Below are positions 24,986-39,375 of a stretch of DNA of 64,000 bases, in pieces (positions within the stretch are counted from its first letter, which is position 1; each line of letters opens with the position of its first letter). Source of the stretch: Octopus vulgaris (lineage: Eukaryota); the NCBI GenBank assembly GCA_951406725.2, contig OX597827.1:78368001-78432000 (forward strand), read 5' to 3'. The position numbers and the translations under genes are program-made. The notes beneath the pieces were generated by a model. That model worked only from the letters and a program-made list of their open reading frames with translations, was not told where the DNA came from and searched no databases.

Positions 24986-26903
24986 GTTTACGAAAGCACA
25001 TATACACATCCACGGATGTATACGAAATTTACAGGGAGTTTCTACAGGGTTGTTGAACTCGCTAGAAATAACAACCAAATCCGAGCCAACGATAGGACAC
25101 TGTAGAGAGATCGTTTGAACGGCTAGAAAAACTACCAGCCAAATCTCCATCGTTACACCACATTGGATAATGTAGTCCTAGGTACACTTGGAAAATAACC
25201 TCTCGAGATGGTAACGTTTGACACGTGTAGTATATACATTTTTGTCCCATTCGGGTTGGTATGGTATTAAACAAGCAGCACCGAAAGTTGGATTATCTTG
25301 TAAGGGATCTTGACAAGTAAAAAATGCGTAACGGCTCCCTAATTCTGTCTCAAAGGGTTGATAAATATCTATCACTCTTCGAAATGCAACATGTATGACC
25401 TTGTGTTATACTGCTAATTCCAGGGACGGGGTTGCAACATGATACTCTCAGATTATGCAGTTGTAAATATTAACTATTGCGTCAGACGAGTTAGTAAACT
25501 TGCACTGGAGAGTACTTTCTGTGTGTGTATATAAATACACACATGCATACACATATACACACACTCATACAGACAGATATACACATATTTATGTGCCTGT
25601 CTATATCTGTCTCTGTATATGTGTGTATGTATGTGTATGTATGCATCATCATCATCGTAATTTACACATATCCGTTGCGTAGTTTCCACCCACATACGTA
25701 TGCACTTGTATGATTTGGGTTGTGTGTGTATGTAAGTGTGTTTGTGTGTGTTAAGTGATATGTTTAAATAAGCAAATAATGAATGGAGATCCTTATCATA
25801 ATGACTTATTTCCGTTCCATGTTGCGGCACGTTATTCTAACAAACAAAAAAGAATTTCTAGGAGCTGTTGCTATGCCAACCCTACGTTGGACTCCTTTCC
25901 ACGATGTCTGGAGAAATGGGGGTGAAAAAACGAGTGGGGTACCTCACCACTCTGCTCATAGACGGACACAGTGCCGTAGCTTGGAATGTGTGTTGCTCGG
26001 GGCTGCTCTTGAGTTCGCTCCAGCATCCCCTTCCACCTAGCCTATACAGCTGGCCCTCAAAATACAGCCCCATAAAAACGTCGCCTGCAACCCCCTCCCC
26101 CTAGATATGCTACTAGAGAGAGAGAGAGAGAGAGAAAATGAATCCAGTACTTCACTGTACTTTGTTTATCGATGTTGAAATGCTTGCTTGAATGTGTCAG
26201 CGTTTAAACTGAACTGCCACGAATACAGCAACATATCCTCCTATACAATATCCTATACAACTCCCTAATGTCTCTGCAAATTCCCTATCCACATACACAT
26301 TACGAGATATACTTATCCATATTGGCGCGCGCATGTGTATTTGTTTTCACCCTCTCTTTCTATCCTGTTATATTTTTCATTTGTTTCTAGTCCAGGACTG
26401 CTGTGATTGATATTTCTATTTCTAATGACCTCCTCTTCTACTTGAGGTATTGAATCATCATCATCGTTTAACGTCTGCTTTCCATGCTAGCATGGGTTGG
26501 ACGGTTCAACTGGGGTCTGGCAAGCTCGAAGGCTGCACCAGGCCAGTCAGATCTGGCAGTGTTTCTACAGCAGGATGCCCTTCCTAACGCCAACCACTCC
26601 GAGAGTGTAGTGGGTGATTTTATGTGCCACCGACACAGGTGCCAGACGAGGCTGGCAGACGGCCACGCTCGGATGGTGTTTTTATGTGCCACCAACACAG
26701 GTGCCAGACGAGGCTATAGCTTTATTATCCAATACCCATAGTTCTTTTTATTTTTTTAAGAGGAGTGTTTAGCTGCTATTTATAGCATGTTTAGTGGCCA
26801 CAATGGGGTAACTTAGTTGGTACATTATATCCATGGCTGATGGTTTGGTTTTGCAGTAAGATTGATAATTTTCATTGAAGTACTGAATCACTTTATTGTT
26901 ATA

Positions 26904-27297
26904 CTAGCAGTATTACCCGGCGTTGCTCGGGTTTGTTTCGACCCTTTAGAATAGGAACCTTTGAAAAGTAAAAATTTTGCATTATGTAGCTTGTTATTCT
27001 CTTTAAGTGAACATTTTTCTGGTTGAAATACACCGAAAAATGGCAACACAGCAGTAAAAAAAATCGTAAAAAATAGGAATTTTCATAGAAAAAAAGCACC
27101 TTTTTTATGTAAATAATTTTTGGTGTTAACATGGTCCAATTTGAATTTTATCCTCTACAGAATGAAGAGCAAGCCTTCTTCTATCATACTCTCAATTTTG
27201 GTCAACTTGTGCCGCAGGGTCTCTGAGGAAATAGTATTAGTTGAAGGCTACCAAACCTGCCATACGCAGACAACTTCAGCTTTATATATATAAGAGA
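26904..27297 (-). mobile_element. Non-autonomous Helitron, canonical ends
   Basis: On the minus strand it reads A|TC...hairpin...CTAG|T, with no TSD. Confidence 0.85.
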
Positions 27298-30249
27298 TTT
27301 ATTATTATTTTTTAGGTACATTCCTCTTCCATTGCTCTGTCTAGTTATTTTATCAAAGTACCTAACTATTTTACTGGTGTATGACACTTCTCTAAACTGC
27401 TTCTGAAACCTCCAAAACTCTAAGAGATTTCTCTGCTTGAAGTCTGGTGGTGTTGGTGGATTTCAGGATTACACAAAAGGACCAGTAAGGCCACCTACCC
27501 CTAAATATTTTCTGCTATTGTTGACCAATGTCCTACAACTATTAAACCACAAACATGCTTGAAGGAGATGTCAGCCTATGCACATGTATGAAGACCCTAT
27601 CTGTGCATAGATGTGAGTTTAATGTGGTAAAGAATGTTTTACATCCTAGACATGCATACAAACGTGTGTATGTGTGTGTAGCCTTAATACACTTATAAAG
27701 AATTTTTATCTACCAATGCAGTGTTGACCACTTATTCGCATTGTTCAATATTTATGCCATCATCATCGTCGTCATCATCATCTAATGTTCTTTTCCCATG
27801 TGGCATGAGTTGGACGGTTTGACAAAACCTGACCAGCTGAAAGGCTGTTTTAGTGTGTTTTCTACAACTGGATGCCCTTCCTAACACAAACCACTTTACA
27901 ATATATGCATATTGTATCCTATCACATTATCATTATTTAATATGTTTTCCATACTGGCATGGATTGGACAGTTCCACAGGAACCAGCAAGTCAGAAGACT
28001 GTACCAATCCTTGTTTTGGCAGGGTTTCTACAGCAGGATGCTCTTTCTAAGGCTAACCACTTTACAGTGTTTGTGTGTGTATAAAACACTTTAACTCAAA
28101 TACTCCTGACCTCTGATGAGACGGACATATCCTACACACCCACGAGACTCTAATCCACATGCAATCAAGTCAAACTTATTCGAAATATATGTCACTCACT
28201 ACTGCCGGGGAATTTTCATTTGTTGTTGATGTATTTGTGTTATTTAACACATCTGAAAGAGATTACTATCTTCAGACAAATACCACAGTTTATTTGGATT
28301 TTCAGTGTGTATCTACATTAAGCATGATACACAGATGGCTGTTTTAATCTGATGCTACTTCTTTTGCACATAACAGATATAGGTGAAGGCGTGTGGCCTA
28401 GCGGTTAGGGTTTTGTCTTCATGATCGCCAGTTCATGGATTTGATTCCCAGACTGAGTGGCACATTGTGTTCTTGAGCAAAACCTTTCATTTCATGTTGC
28501 TCCAGTTCACCCAGCTGTAAATGGGTCAACTTGTGACGGACAAGCCTTCCAAACGTGCGGGGGAGGGGGAGGTGGAATGCTGGTCTGCTCACCTAACCTT
28601 CAGGATGGTATCACCCGAAAGCCAAGTTGATACTAAGTGCATATATTTGGTGTTAGGAAGAGCAAAGCCAAAAATGAAACTCAAGAGTGAGATGCAGTCC
28701 ACTGACCCTTCTAGGTTAGAAGCATCCCCCACTCCAGCTGTAGCAACCTGTCATACCCACACATCATCATCATCGTCATCGTCATCATTTAACATCCACT
28801 TTCCATGCCGGCATGGGTTGGATGGTTTGACTGAGGACTGGCAATCCAGGAGGCTGCACCAGGCCCTAATCTGTTCTGGCAAGGTTTCTACAGCTGGATG
28901 CCCTTCCTAATGTCAACCACTCTGAGAGTGTAATGGGTGCTTTTTATGTGTCACCAACACGGGAGCCAGTCAGGTGGCACTGGAACCGACCATGCTCAAA
29001 TGGTGCTTTTTACATGCCACTGGCACCAGAAAGTGAATGCTAAATGATGGGGGTGGTGACGATACCTGTAATGGGTTTCATACATCTTTCTGTCAACGCT
29101 CACAAAATATCGATCAACCAGGGATCGAAGACCCTTGTTCAAGGGGTCATGCACTAAGACTGAACCTGAAACCATTTGGTTGAGAAGCAAATGTACCTTA
29201 GAATGTATTTCCTGATCAGACAGTTTAAATTAATGTCATTTGAAAATAATTTCAATCAGTTAAAAATTGCTTTTAGTCCACCTTATTATATTTACCAGCG
29301 TTAAGTATGTCTTTATTGGATTTTAGTTATAGCTGCAGTGTTTTGTTGGTAATGGCAGGACACATAGGCCTTGGCTACCAACCCACTTCTGTTCTCTCTG
29401 TCTGTCCAGTTCTCTCTCTCTCTCCATATATATATATAATTTTTTTCCTTTTGCTCTTGTTTATAAGTTGTTTATGAAATTTAACCTTTAAAGGTATTTT
29501 TTAATATGCTGGCCATTGATAGAATTTTTTTAGAAAAATTTTATCCTATATTAGATATATATATATATATATATGACACACATAGAATGTTATGTCACGA
29601 CCATATAAACTATGACCATGAAAGAACTAACAGACCATATTGTGATGCCTTTGTGTTCTACAGACAGTCTTAGAATGTTGTAATATTGACATCTGTTTAG
29701 TCAATAATGCAGTGTATGAGGTGAGGAAAGGGTGAAAGCGAAATATAGACAGACACAGAAGACACACAAAGAAGGGGAAAGAGCAAACAGATAGGCAGAC
29801 AGAGGGGGAGACACCAACATAGAGAAGCAACAGAGGATACACAAACACATGCAGTGACAGAGAGATGCATCCGTGTGTGTGTGTGTGCGTGCACACACGC
29901 GGATGCAGAGAAAGACACACGCATACACACTAGCAGTGAGAATTGAAAATGGAGGGAAAAAACATTAACAGGCAAAAAAGTTATGGAGGCTGAGAAAGGA
30001 AGAAAAAAAGATGGAGATAGAGAGACAAGAAAAGGGAGAGAGAGAGGAAGAGAAAGATTAGAAAGTTTTTCCCAAATATTTGGCAATAAGATGGGATGTT
30101 AAAATTACGTAAATGGTCTATAATTTGGTTAAAATTGTTAAGTGATGGGGGTGAGGTGGATTGTGGCTGGGTGGGGAATGAAAGGTCAGTTAAACAAATT
30201 ATAGTTGATGTCTCTGTCTGCTAGAATCAATAGCTGCACTACATACGTA

Positions 30250-30603
30250 TCATATATACACACACACGTGTACATATATATATATATATATAGCATGTAT
30301 GTGCACGTGTTCAGTGCATGTCATGCTTATAGATATGTCATGTCCTGTATGTGTATATATGTATGTATATATATGTGTGTATATATGTATATATATGTGT
30401 GTATATATGTATATATATGTGTGTATATATGTATATATATGTGTGTATATATGTATATATATGTGTGTATATATGTATATATATGTGTGTATATATGTAT
30501 ATAAATGTGTGTGTGTATATATGTATATATATGTGTGTGTATATATGTATATATATGTGTGTATATATATGTGTATATATGTATATATATGTGTGTATGT
30601 ATG

Positions 30604-30660
<57 letters not shown>
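30250..30660. repeat. Long (TA)/(TG) mixed micro/minisatellite
   Basis: Roughly 22-nt units such as ATATATGTGTGTATATATGTAT. Similar tracts at 23420-23810, 35383-35690 and 41625-41875. Confidence 0.9.
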
Positions 30661-30662
<2 letters not shown>

Positions 30663-30992
30663 TTTCGTACATGGCTACACTGTAATGTCATATGTACACA
30701 GTGAACCTCATCATTTTACTCTGGTTTATTTTTATAAAGCCTGGATTGCTCCTGGTGGTGGTGGTGGTGTGTCTTCTTCATTACAGCATATCACCACATG
30801 TTGCAATCTTTTCCTTATTTTCCTTCTTAAAGTTCAACGTCCTGAGATTAGGCTTCCTCTCTCCCACCTTCTCATTATCACATTTGCTCTTCCAAAACTC
30901 TGTGCTACGATGTGAGATATGGTATGGCGTATAATAACCAATTAATTGTATAATTTATATCTAATATAAATTGTATTTCACATAATTGATAT

Positions 30993-31735
30993 ATAGGCGC
31001 AGGATTGGCTCTGTGGTAAGAAGTTTGTTTCCTCACCACTTGGATCTGGGTTCAGTCTCACTGTTTGCCACCTTAGGCAGGTTCCTTGTATTATATCCTT
31101 GGGCTGGCCAAAGCCTTGTGAATGGATGTGACAGGTGAAAACTGAAAGAAACCTGTTGGTATCATGCCACTGGCACAGGTGCCAGTGGCATGTAAAAAGT
31201 GCCATTCGAGCGTTGGGCCTCATGAAAGCAATGACCGAGACCTTTGGCTTTATGTCATGCTTAAGAAAACCCATCAAGCCAAGTAAGATTGCAGTTGCGG
31301 CACATACTGGTGTCATGCAAATGGCACCTGTGCCAGTGGCATGTTAAAGCAGTCATCACACTCTCGGAGTGGTTGGCATGTTAGGAAGGGCATCCAGCCA
31401 TAGAAACCATACCAAACCAGACTGGAGTCTGGTGCAGCCTTCCAGCTTGCCAACCCTGGTCAAACCATCCAACCCATGCCAGCGTGGACAACTGACATTG
31501 GCTGATGATGATGATGATGTGTGTGTGAGTGTCTGTGTTTGTCCCCACAATACCACTTAACAACCAGTGTTGGTGTGTTTACGTCCCTGTAACTTATTGG
31601 CTTGGCAAAAGAGAGTGATAGAATAAGTACCAGCCTTTAAAATGAAGAGTACTGAGGTCAATTCATTTGACTAAAATTCTGAAGACGATGCTCCAGCATG
31701 GCTATGGTCAAATGACTGAAGCAAGTAAAAGATAA
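30993..31735 (+). mobile_element. Diverged SINE family A with a nested family C element (31160-31518)
   Basis: Family A head and tail flank a family C body ending in (GAT)n. Confidence 0.7.
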
Positions 31736-32465
31736 ATGGAATAAAATATGATAAAATTATTTCTTCCGTTCCCTCAATCCAGAGAATGTAGAATATTGTA
31801 AAATCTTCCGTCCACCATTTTGTCCTCCTACAACAAAATGTCTACGGAACTACCTGAAAGCATATACATTTCAATATTTCAACAATATATCTGTCCATCT
31901 ATTACAATATAAATTTTATATCTAAAATATCTATTCCAATATGTCACCAATATATTTCTCTCACTCTCAGTTGAGATTTTTTTTTTTCATTTCTTCAAGC
32001 TAGAAAAAAAAACCCTACCCAAATATTTGTCACATCATCAAAGTAATTCTCTCTTCCAGACCAAAATTTGCAGAGTCTGAAGAATACATAACAACTATGA
32101 TGTAATTTCTGCTCGCTGTTGCACCAAACTGAACTTCCTACCCCCATCTTTACCATAGTTTCAAATTCCGCTTGACAAACCATTTTGCTGTACTTTTTAG
32201 GTGACATTTTTGCTAATGACAGGTTTGTTGTTGCGAAGAAGGAAATGGGAGACATGCAGTGTTGTAACTACAAATAACAAAAGGAATTCTATGATGACCC
32301 CTTGTTCTGGTCAGTCGATATAACACTGGTGTGGTTGGGTTTTGAAATCTGTAAAGATGTGAGGAATTCTATCTTGAAATCTACACAAAACTCACTGCAA
32401 CCAACAGAAACCTTGTCAATAAAGAATTGGGCTGCCATACAACTGAGGGTAGTCTGTTGTGCATG

Positions 32466-32500
<35 letters not shown>

Positions 32501-33002
32501 CACCTAATGATGTGGGATGGGGTATTTACGTGTCTGTGTCACCATGACCATCATCACTTTAACATCCATTTTTCCATGCTGGCATGTGTCGGACAATTTG
32601 TTGAAACAGATTTTGTATGGCCTGATGCCCGTCCTGTCACCAGGAATGTGTGTGTGTGTAAACCTCATTTTATGTTAAAAAGGTCCACTTTAATCAATAT
32701 ATATATTCATTATCATGGTCCAGATATTTTTGATCATTCAGTACATTTTTTTTATCAGCTTCATTAGCATCTAATTGACATGCCAGACATAATTTTACTA
32801 CTGTATATATCTCTATCAGATTAACATTTTCAGCCAGTAACAATATCTACACTACATTTCATCCCACTTATGTCATAATGACCTTCATCTAGTTTACTCA
32901 GTTTTCTTTGTAATTGTCTTTGGAGAGTCATTATGCAAAAGACCAAATTACTCTGTACTTGTATTTTCATCAGCATTTTTTTTGTAATGGTTGTTGGCAA
33001 TA

Positions 33003-33388
33003 TAGGCACAGGAGTGGCTGTGTGGTAAGTAGCTTGCTTACCAACCACATGGTTCCGGGTTCAGTCCCACTGCATGGCACCTTGGGCAAGTGTCTTCTAC
33101 TATAGCCTAGGGCCGACCAAAGCCTTGTGAGTGGATTTGGTAGACGGAAACTGAAAGAAGCCCAACGTATATATATGTATATATGTGTGTGTGTTTGTCT
33201 GTTTGTCCCCCCAACATCACTTGACAACCAATGCTGGTGTGTTTATATCCCCGTAACTTAGCAGTTCATCAAAAGAGACCAAAAGAATAAGTACTAGTTT
33301 AACAAAGAATAACTCCTGGGGTTGATTTGTTCGACTAAAGGCTGTGCTCCAGCATGGCTGCAGTCAAATGACACACAGATAAAAGAAT
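33003..33388 (+). mobile_element. SINE family A, full length
   Basis: Matches the family consensus seen in the other copies. Confidence 0.85.
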
Positions 33389-36138
33389 ATTCCGTTCTTT
33401 GATAATTTAATCTCTAATCTTGAAACTCTTTAGATATTGCTTCCAAATTATTCAAATGTTCTTCACCTTTTGTCCCAGTGATGATGATGATAACATTAGA
33501 TTTGGCCCACATATTGTTCGTTCCAGATAATGTTTTTTATCGACAGCAATTCGTACAATGGCAGCTGCACTACAAGTTCTTTTCGGCATTCATTAGCATT
33601 TGTTAAGACCAAAAGGTTTATTTATGAAAAGTCAATTTTTGTGATTGTTCTGTTCACTTTGATCTGTTAATGCACATTTTCTGTTTTTTCATTCACTTCA
33701 GTAACAATCGTTGTAGCCTATTCACTGTCATCAGTTGGTTTCAATGTATCATTAGATGAAATAAAAATCGGAGATGCTTTGCCCCAGGTAGAAACTGCAG
33801 GAGCTACTCATGAGGTTTTGCAATCTCTTCTAAACCCATTGCAATGCTGGAAACCCTTCCCTATCATCATCATCTACCTCAGGTTTATAAGGATCTTACC
33901 CCTTAGTCTATGTTTCACCTGAGTGGGGCTGTGAAGACTGAGCTAGTCTTCACCTACAGAATGGTTCCAATTGCAATCTCTTCTAAACCCATTGCAATGC
34001 TGGAAACCCTTCCCTATCATCATCATCTACCTCTGGGTTATAAGGGTCTCACTCATGAGGACTGAGCTAGTCTCTACCTATGGAAGGGTTCCATTTGTAG
34101 TCTCTTATCAACCATAGTCATCTTGAACTAATTTCAGCTGCTGTGCCTATTTTCTCAATGGCTTTCTTCAGTTCCATGTTCTTTTATTAATTTTGGCTTT
34201 TGAAAAGAGTATTGTTTGGTCTTTAAGTAAATTAGTTTCATACCTGGACATATTCAAAGTGACTTTCACTTGGAGAGGAAAACACCCAAATCCAGGTGAA
34301 AAGACTTTGGAGTAACTTATACAGAGATTATTAATCATATTTTTCAGTCTACAAATCACTTGAATTGTCATCATTATCAATATCAGTAATATTAATGAAT
34401 TATTATCATCATTATTAATTTTATTTAGCACAGATAACTGACCTATTAAATGCTTTTAATTAATTCATTCTAATTAACCCATATCAGAATCATTTACAAA
34501 AGCTTCTAAATGTTTACAATGGTCTCTTTTCATTTTTAATATTAGTATTTTCCTTCGATGGGAGCATTCATTATTGGGATAATTGAATTTGCTTTTAAAT
34601 CCAGATCCTGATGGCATTGTTTGTTTGAATTATTGAATTAAAATGTAGTGATTCTGATTTCTTGATATAAATTTATATCTTCATCATTTAACATCTGTTT
34701 TCCATGCTGGCATGGGTTGGACAGTTTGACAGGGACTGGCAAGACTGGAGAGCTGCACCAAGCTTCATTGTCTGCTTTAGCATTGTTTCATTGGCTGGGT
34801 GTCCTTCTCAAAGCCAACCACCCCACAAGACTCACTGGGTGCTTCTTATGTGGCACCAGCCCTGGTGGTTTTCACATGGCACAAGCACCAGTACTTCTTA
34901 TAGGGTACCATTGCCAACAGGATTGCCAAGTAACTTGCAAGATAGAAAAGGCAAAACCCCCTCAGTTGGGAGCAGGGTAGTATTGAAGTGGGGCTGGCTT
35001 TGCACCAGTTGAGAAATTAAAGGTACAAAGGTATCTTGCTGTAGGTGCATGGATACCCTAGTTGGAATGCTAAAGAGGCACGTGAAAAAAAACATTCGAG
35101 CGAGGTCGTTGTCAGTGCCGCTGGACTGGCTCCTGTGCAGGTGGCACATAAAAAGCACCATTTGAGCGTGGCTGTTGCCAGTACCACCTGACTGGCCCTG
35201 GTGCCGGTGACATGTAAAAGCACCCACTACACTCTCGAAGTGGTTGGCGTTAGGAAGAGCTGTAGAAACTCTGTCAGATCAGATTGGAGCATGGTGCAGC
35301 CATCTAGTTCGCCAGTCCTCAGTCAAATTGTCCAACCCATGCTAGCATGGAAAGCAGACGTTAAATGATGATGATGATGATGATATATATGTACATATAT
35401 ATGTGTGTATATATATGTACATATATGTGTGTATATATATGTACATATATGTGTGTGTGTATATATATATGTACATATATGTGTGTGTTTATATATATAT
35501 ATGTACATATATGTGTGTATATATGTGTGTATATATATATATATGTACATATATGTGTGTATATATATATATATGTACATATGTGTGTATGTGTATATAT
35601 ATATGTATGTATGTGTATATATATGTATGTATATGTACATATATAGGTATATGTACCTATATGTGTATATATATGTATGTATATGTAGATACGTAAGTGT
35701 TCCATATTTTGACAGGTGTCGGGTTCAAGTTTGTTTTTGTTTTGGCAAGAGAAGTGAGTCATTCAATGAGGAGGAGGAGCTGCCAATGAAAAATTCATTA
35801 GTGATCAATTAATTTCCCTTACGTGATGAAGTAAGATTTTGTTATCTGTTTATCAAAACATGCTGTATTGATATCTTTGACCTTGAAGTCAAGGTTCAGA
35901 TGTCAGGAATCTAAGAGAGAGAGAGGGAGCAAAAGTGCATTAAGCTGGTCTAAATATGGTAGTTTAGAAAACTTTTACCAATTTCTTTGTTTTCTGGTCT
36001 CTTTTATTTATTTTTCATCTTGGAAAGGTAAACCTAAGAAGCATATTCTGTTGTGTCTGGGGAGAGTCATTTTCTTTTTGTGCCTTATAATGTAACACAC
36101 TCACCTGTAAAATTTCCACTTTTTAAAAATATTTTTGC

Positions 36139-36311
36139 AAGGTGCAGGAGTGGCTGTGTGGTAAGTAGCTTGCTTACCAACCACATGGTTCCAGGTTCAG
36201 TCCCACTGCGTGGCACCTTGGGCAAGTGTCTTCTGCTATAGCTCCGGGCTGACCAAAGCCTTGTGAGTGGATTTGGTAGACGGAAACTGAAAGAAGCCCG
36301 TCGTATATATG

Positions 36312-36342
<31 letters not shown>

Positions 36343-36551
36343 CTGTGTTTGTCCCCCTAGCATTGCTTGACAACCGATGCTGGTGTGTTTATGTACCCGT
36401 CACTTAGCGGTTCGGCAAAAAAAGAGACCGATAGAATAAGTACTGAGCTTACAAAGAATAAGTCCCGGGGTTGATTTGCTTGACTAAAGGCGGTGCTACA
36501 GCATGGCCACAGTCAAATGACTGAAACAAGTAAAAGAGAGAGTAAAGAGTA
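36139..36551 (+). mobile_element. SINE family A, full length, at the apex of an inverted repeat
   Basis: Family sequence flanked by inverted arms 36039-36121 / 36591-36673. Confidence 0.85.
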
Positions 36552-37559
36552 AGACGCAACGAAAATTTTAAGAAAATAAAAATAAGAAATAAGTGGAAAT
36601 TTTACCAGTGAGTGTATTAAATTATAAGGCACAAAAAGAAAATGACTCTCCCCAGACACAACAGAATATGCTTCAACACACAAACTTGTATAAAGAATCT
36701 TGCAAACCAAAAACGAAATATAAACCTAAGAAGCTTTCTAGTAAAGAAACTTGGGGTGATCTTTTGTAAGATTGAAATTTTTATAAATACCTTGCATTCT
36801 GACAAAAAGATGATTACTTGGAAACATATCCACACATTCACACATATTATTGTTCTGCTGTCCTCCCTACTCCTTTTGCGGGTTTTTACTACTCCCCTCC
36901 AACCAAATTCCTGCATCATTGGTCATCCCCTCTGCCCCGTCTGTGTTTTGAACCCCCACTCTCCTACATTCTGTCCCAACTCACTTCTACTCACTTTGAA
37001 GGACACCCAGACACCCCATCACCACCATTTCTATCTCTTTCAACCCCCATCCAGTCACTCATACCCTCTCTTCCAAAATATGAGTAACCACGTAGCTCCT
37101 CTACAGCTAGGAACCTGTTCAACTTTGACCCCCTCATCTCGTAGCATAAAGCCACCTGTCTTGGGGTTCATAGTCTTGCAAGCTGCATGGTAAACTCAAA
37201 TTTGTAGTGCTGATGGCACAAGAAGAAGCACCCAGTTTGCTCTGTAGAGCAGCTGGTGTTTGGAAGGGCATCCAGCCATTTAAAACCATGCCAAAGCAAA
37301 TGTTGGAGCATGACGCAGTTCTTTGTCCCTTCAGATCCGGTCAAAGCATGCAACAAATGCTAGAATGCAACAGCATGATGATGATGATGATGATGATAAA
37401 CCTATCTGTAAGCATATATGTACACTAGTATATGTCTATAAGCATTTGTTTAGGTATATTACAGGCATAGATGTATTGGGAGTGTGGAAAGGATTGATGT
37501 GTAGAAAAGGAACAGGCGGGGATACCATGGGGTGTGTCCTTTCAAATATGAAGTGTGTT

Positions 37560-37885
37560 AGTGGAGGCGCAATGGCCCAGTCGATAGGGCAGTGGACTCA
37601 CGGTCATAGGATCGCAATTTCGATTCCCAGACCAGGTATTATGAGTGTTTATTGAGTGCAAACACCTAAAGCTCCACGAGGTTCCAGCAGGGGGTGATGG
37701 CAAACTTCTTTCACCACAACTTTCTCTCCCTCTTCCTGTTTCTGTTGTACCTGTATTTCGAAGGGCCAACCTTGTCACACACTGTGTCACGCTGAATCTC
37801 CCCGAGAACTACGTTAAGGGTACATGTGTCTGTGGAGTACTCAGCCACTTGCATGTTAATCTCAGGAGCAGGCTGTTCCGAACAA
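37560..37885 (+). mobile_element. SINE family D
   Basis: Colinear with 42562-42941. Confidence 0.8.
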
Positions 37886-39375
37886 TTATTTCTGAAATGT
37901 CATCAATTTATGTGAATTTTTCTAAATGGTGTTGTTTGGGTATTTTGAAATTAAACTTGGTTTGAAAAAATTTGGAAGTGTCATGGCTTTGAGATGCCAT
38001 TTAATAGGTGTAATTGTGATGTTGGATTTAATAGGGCAGACTAAAGTCCCTACATCCACCCCGCCTCAGTCTGCTATAGTCAGATATGACGTGACAAGGG
38101 GCAAGAAGACATGGAATTAGGAGTTACATGGTGATCCATCCAATATTTATTTGTAATCTAAAAGTGACTGGGGCCTTTTTTTCTGGGACACTTTACTACG
38201 AAAGAGGGAGGAGAGTAGGGGTGTTGTCTATTATTAATCTTTCTCTGTATTGGGTTCAATGTTTGGTTTAATGTAAGCAAATTTTTATTGCTTTTTTTAT
38301 TACCTTTAATAATAACTTCTGAGATAAATAAAAATAATTACTAGTGATATATTAGGTTGAAGAGTGGAGATGGGGGTGGGGTCATTTAAATTGTTATACT
38401 TTTCAATTTAGATATGTGCTAAATAAAACAAAAAAAACATGTTAGGTGTGTGGAGATATTTAACAGCAGGTAATGCAGACACTGCGTAAAGCACTTTATG
38501 TGTTTCCTGCATTGTGAGAGACCTCATCACACCAACATTGTACTAACCTCCCCTTCCCATTTCTCTACCACTGACTGACATCTCTTGCACATTTGACATT
38601 TTTAATACTGGTTGTTTAGAATAACGACATTTATTAGCCAACCTTTTACAGTGTCACACCTGAGTCTTCCTCCCACACACACACACACAAATACGCAGCT
38701 CAATGTATCTCTCATACCTACAACATATCTACAATATGCCACGCTCCCCAAACATGTTCCCCTCCCCACCCCCACTGCTCCCACTGTTGCCTTCTACTCA
38801 GGCAGGTGTCACCCCCTCCCACTTTTGGTAAAGTGTCCCAGAATCACACTCCAGTCACTTGGTTCTCAAGTGGATCACCCCTTATTATCAGCTCCATGTT
38901 CATGTCTCTTACAATCTGTGTGTGTGTGTGTGTGTGTGTGTATGTTTATTTGTCCTATATTTGGGGGTAGGATTATAAGCTGGGGGTGGGTCTATGTAAT
39001 CACACACATATATACAGTCAGTCACTGTTGAAATTAGATAAGAGATAACACACACACACACACACAAGTATCTTGATCAGCAGTTTTCACTTTCCCTTCC
39101 CCTCCTCTTCCTCCGGGGTCACTGTCAAAAATCACTGGGTGTCAGGGTAGGAGTGGGTTGTTGATCTTTGATACTGTAAGATGAGTGGAAGTGGAGGGGT
39201 GGAGGTGATGGTGGTGGGGAGGTTGTTTACACTTTAATTGACAGGAGAGATATGGATGTAATTTATGTTGGCTGTCCCCCCCACCTCTCTCTGTGAACTC
39301 TCCACCAGTGCCCCAGCCCCCCCCCACCACTGCTATCATTGCTACCCACCCTAAAACCATGCCATTCATTATTAA

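Noticed and set aside
28110-28140. CTGATGA hammerhead-like start
   Set aside because: No GAAA core or stem I/III follows the small hairpin.
31990-33760. Possible decayed piggyBac transposase on the minus strand
   Set aside because: Only vague motif echoes with many stops; no TIR or TTAA ends located.
36642-37193. Longest ORF in the track (183 aa)
   Set aside because: It runs across an inverted-repeat arm, low-complexity pyrimidine-rich sequence and a family C element, with no protein-family features.
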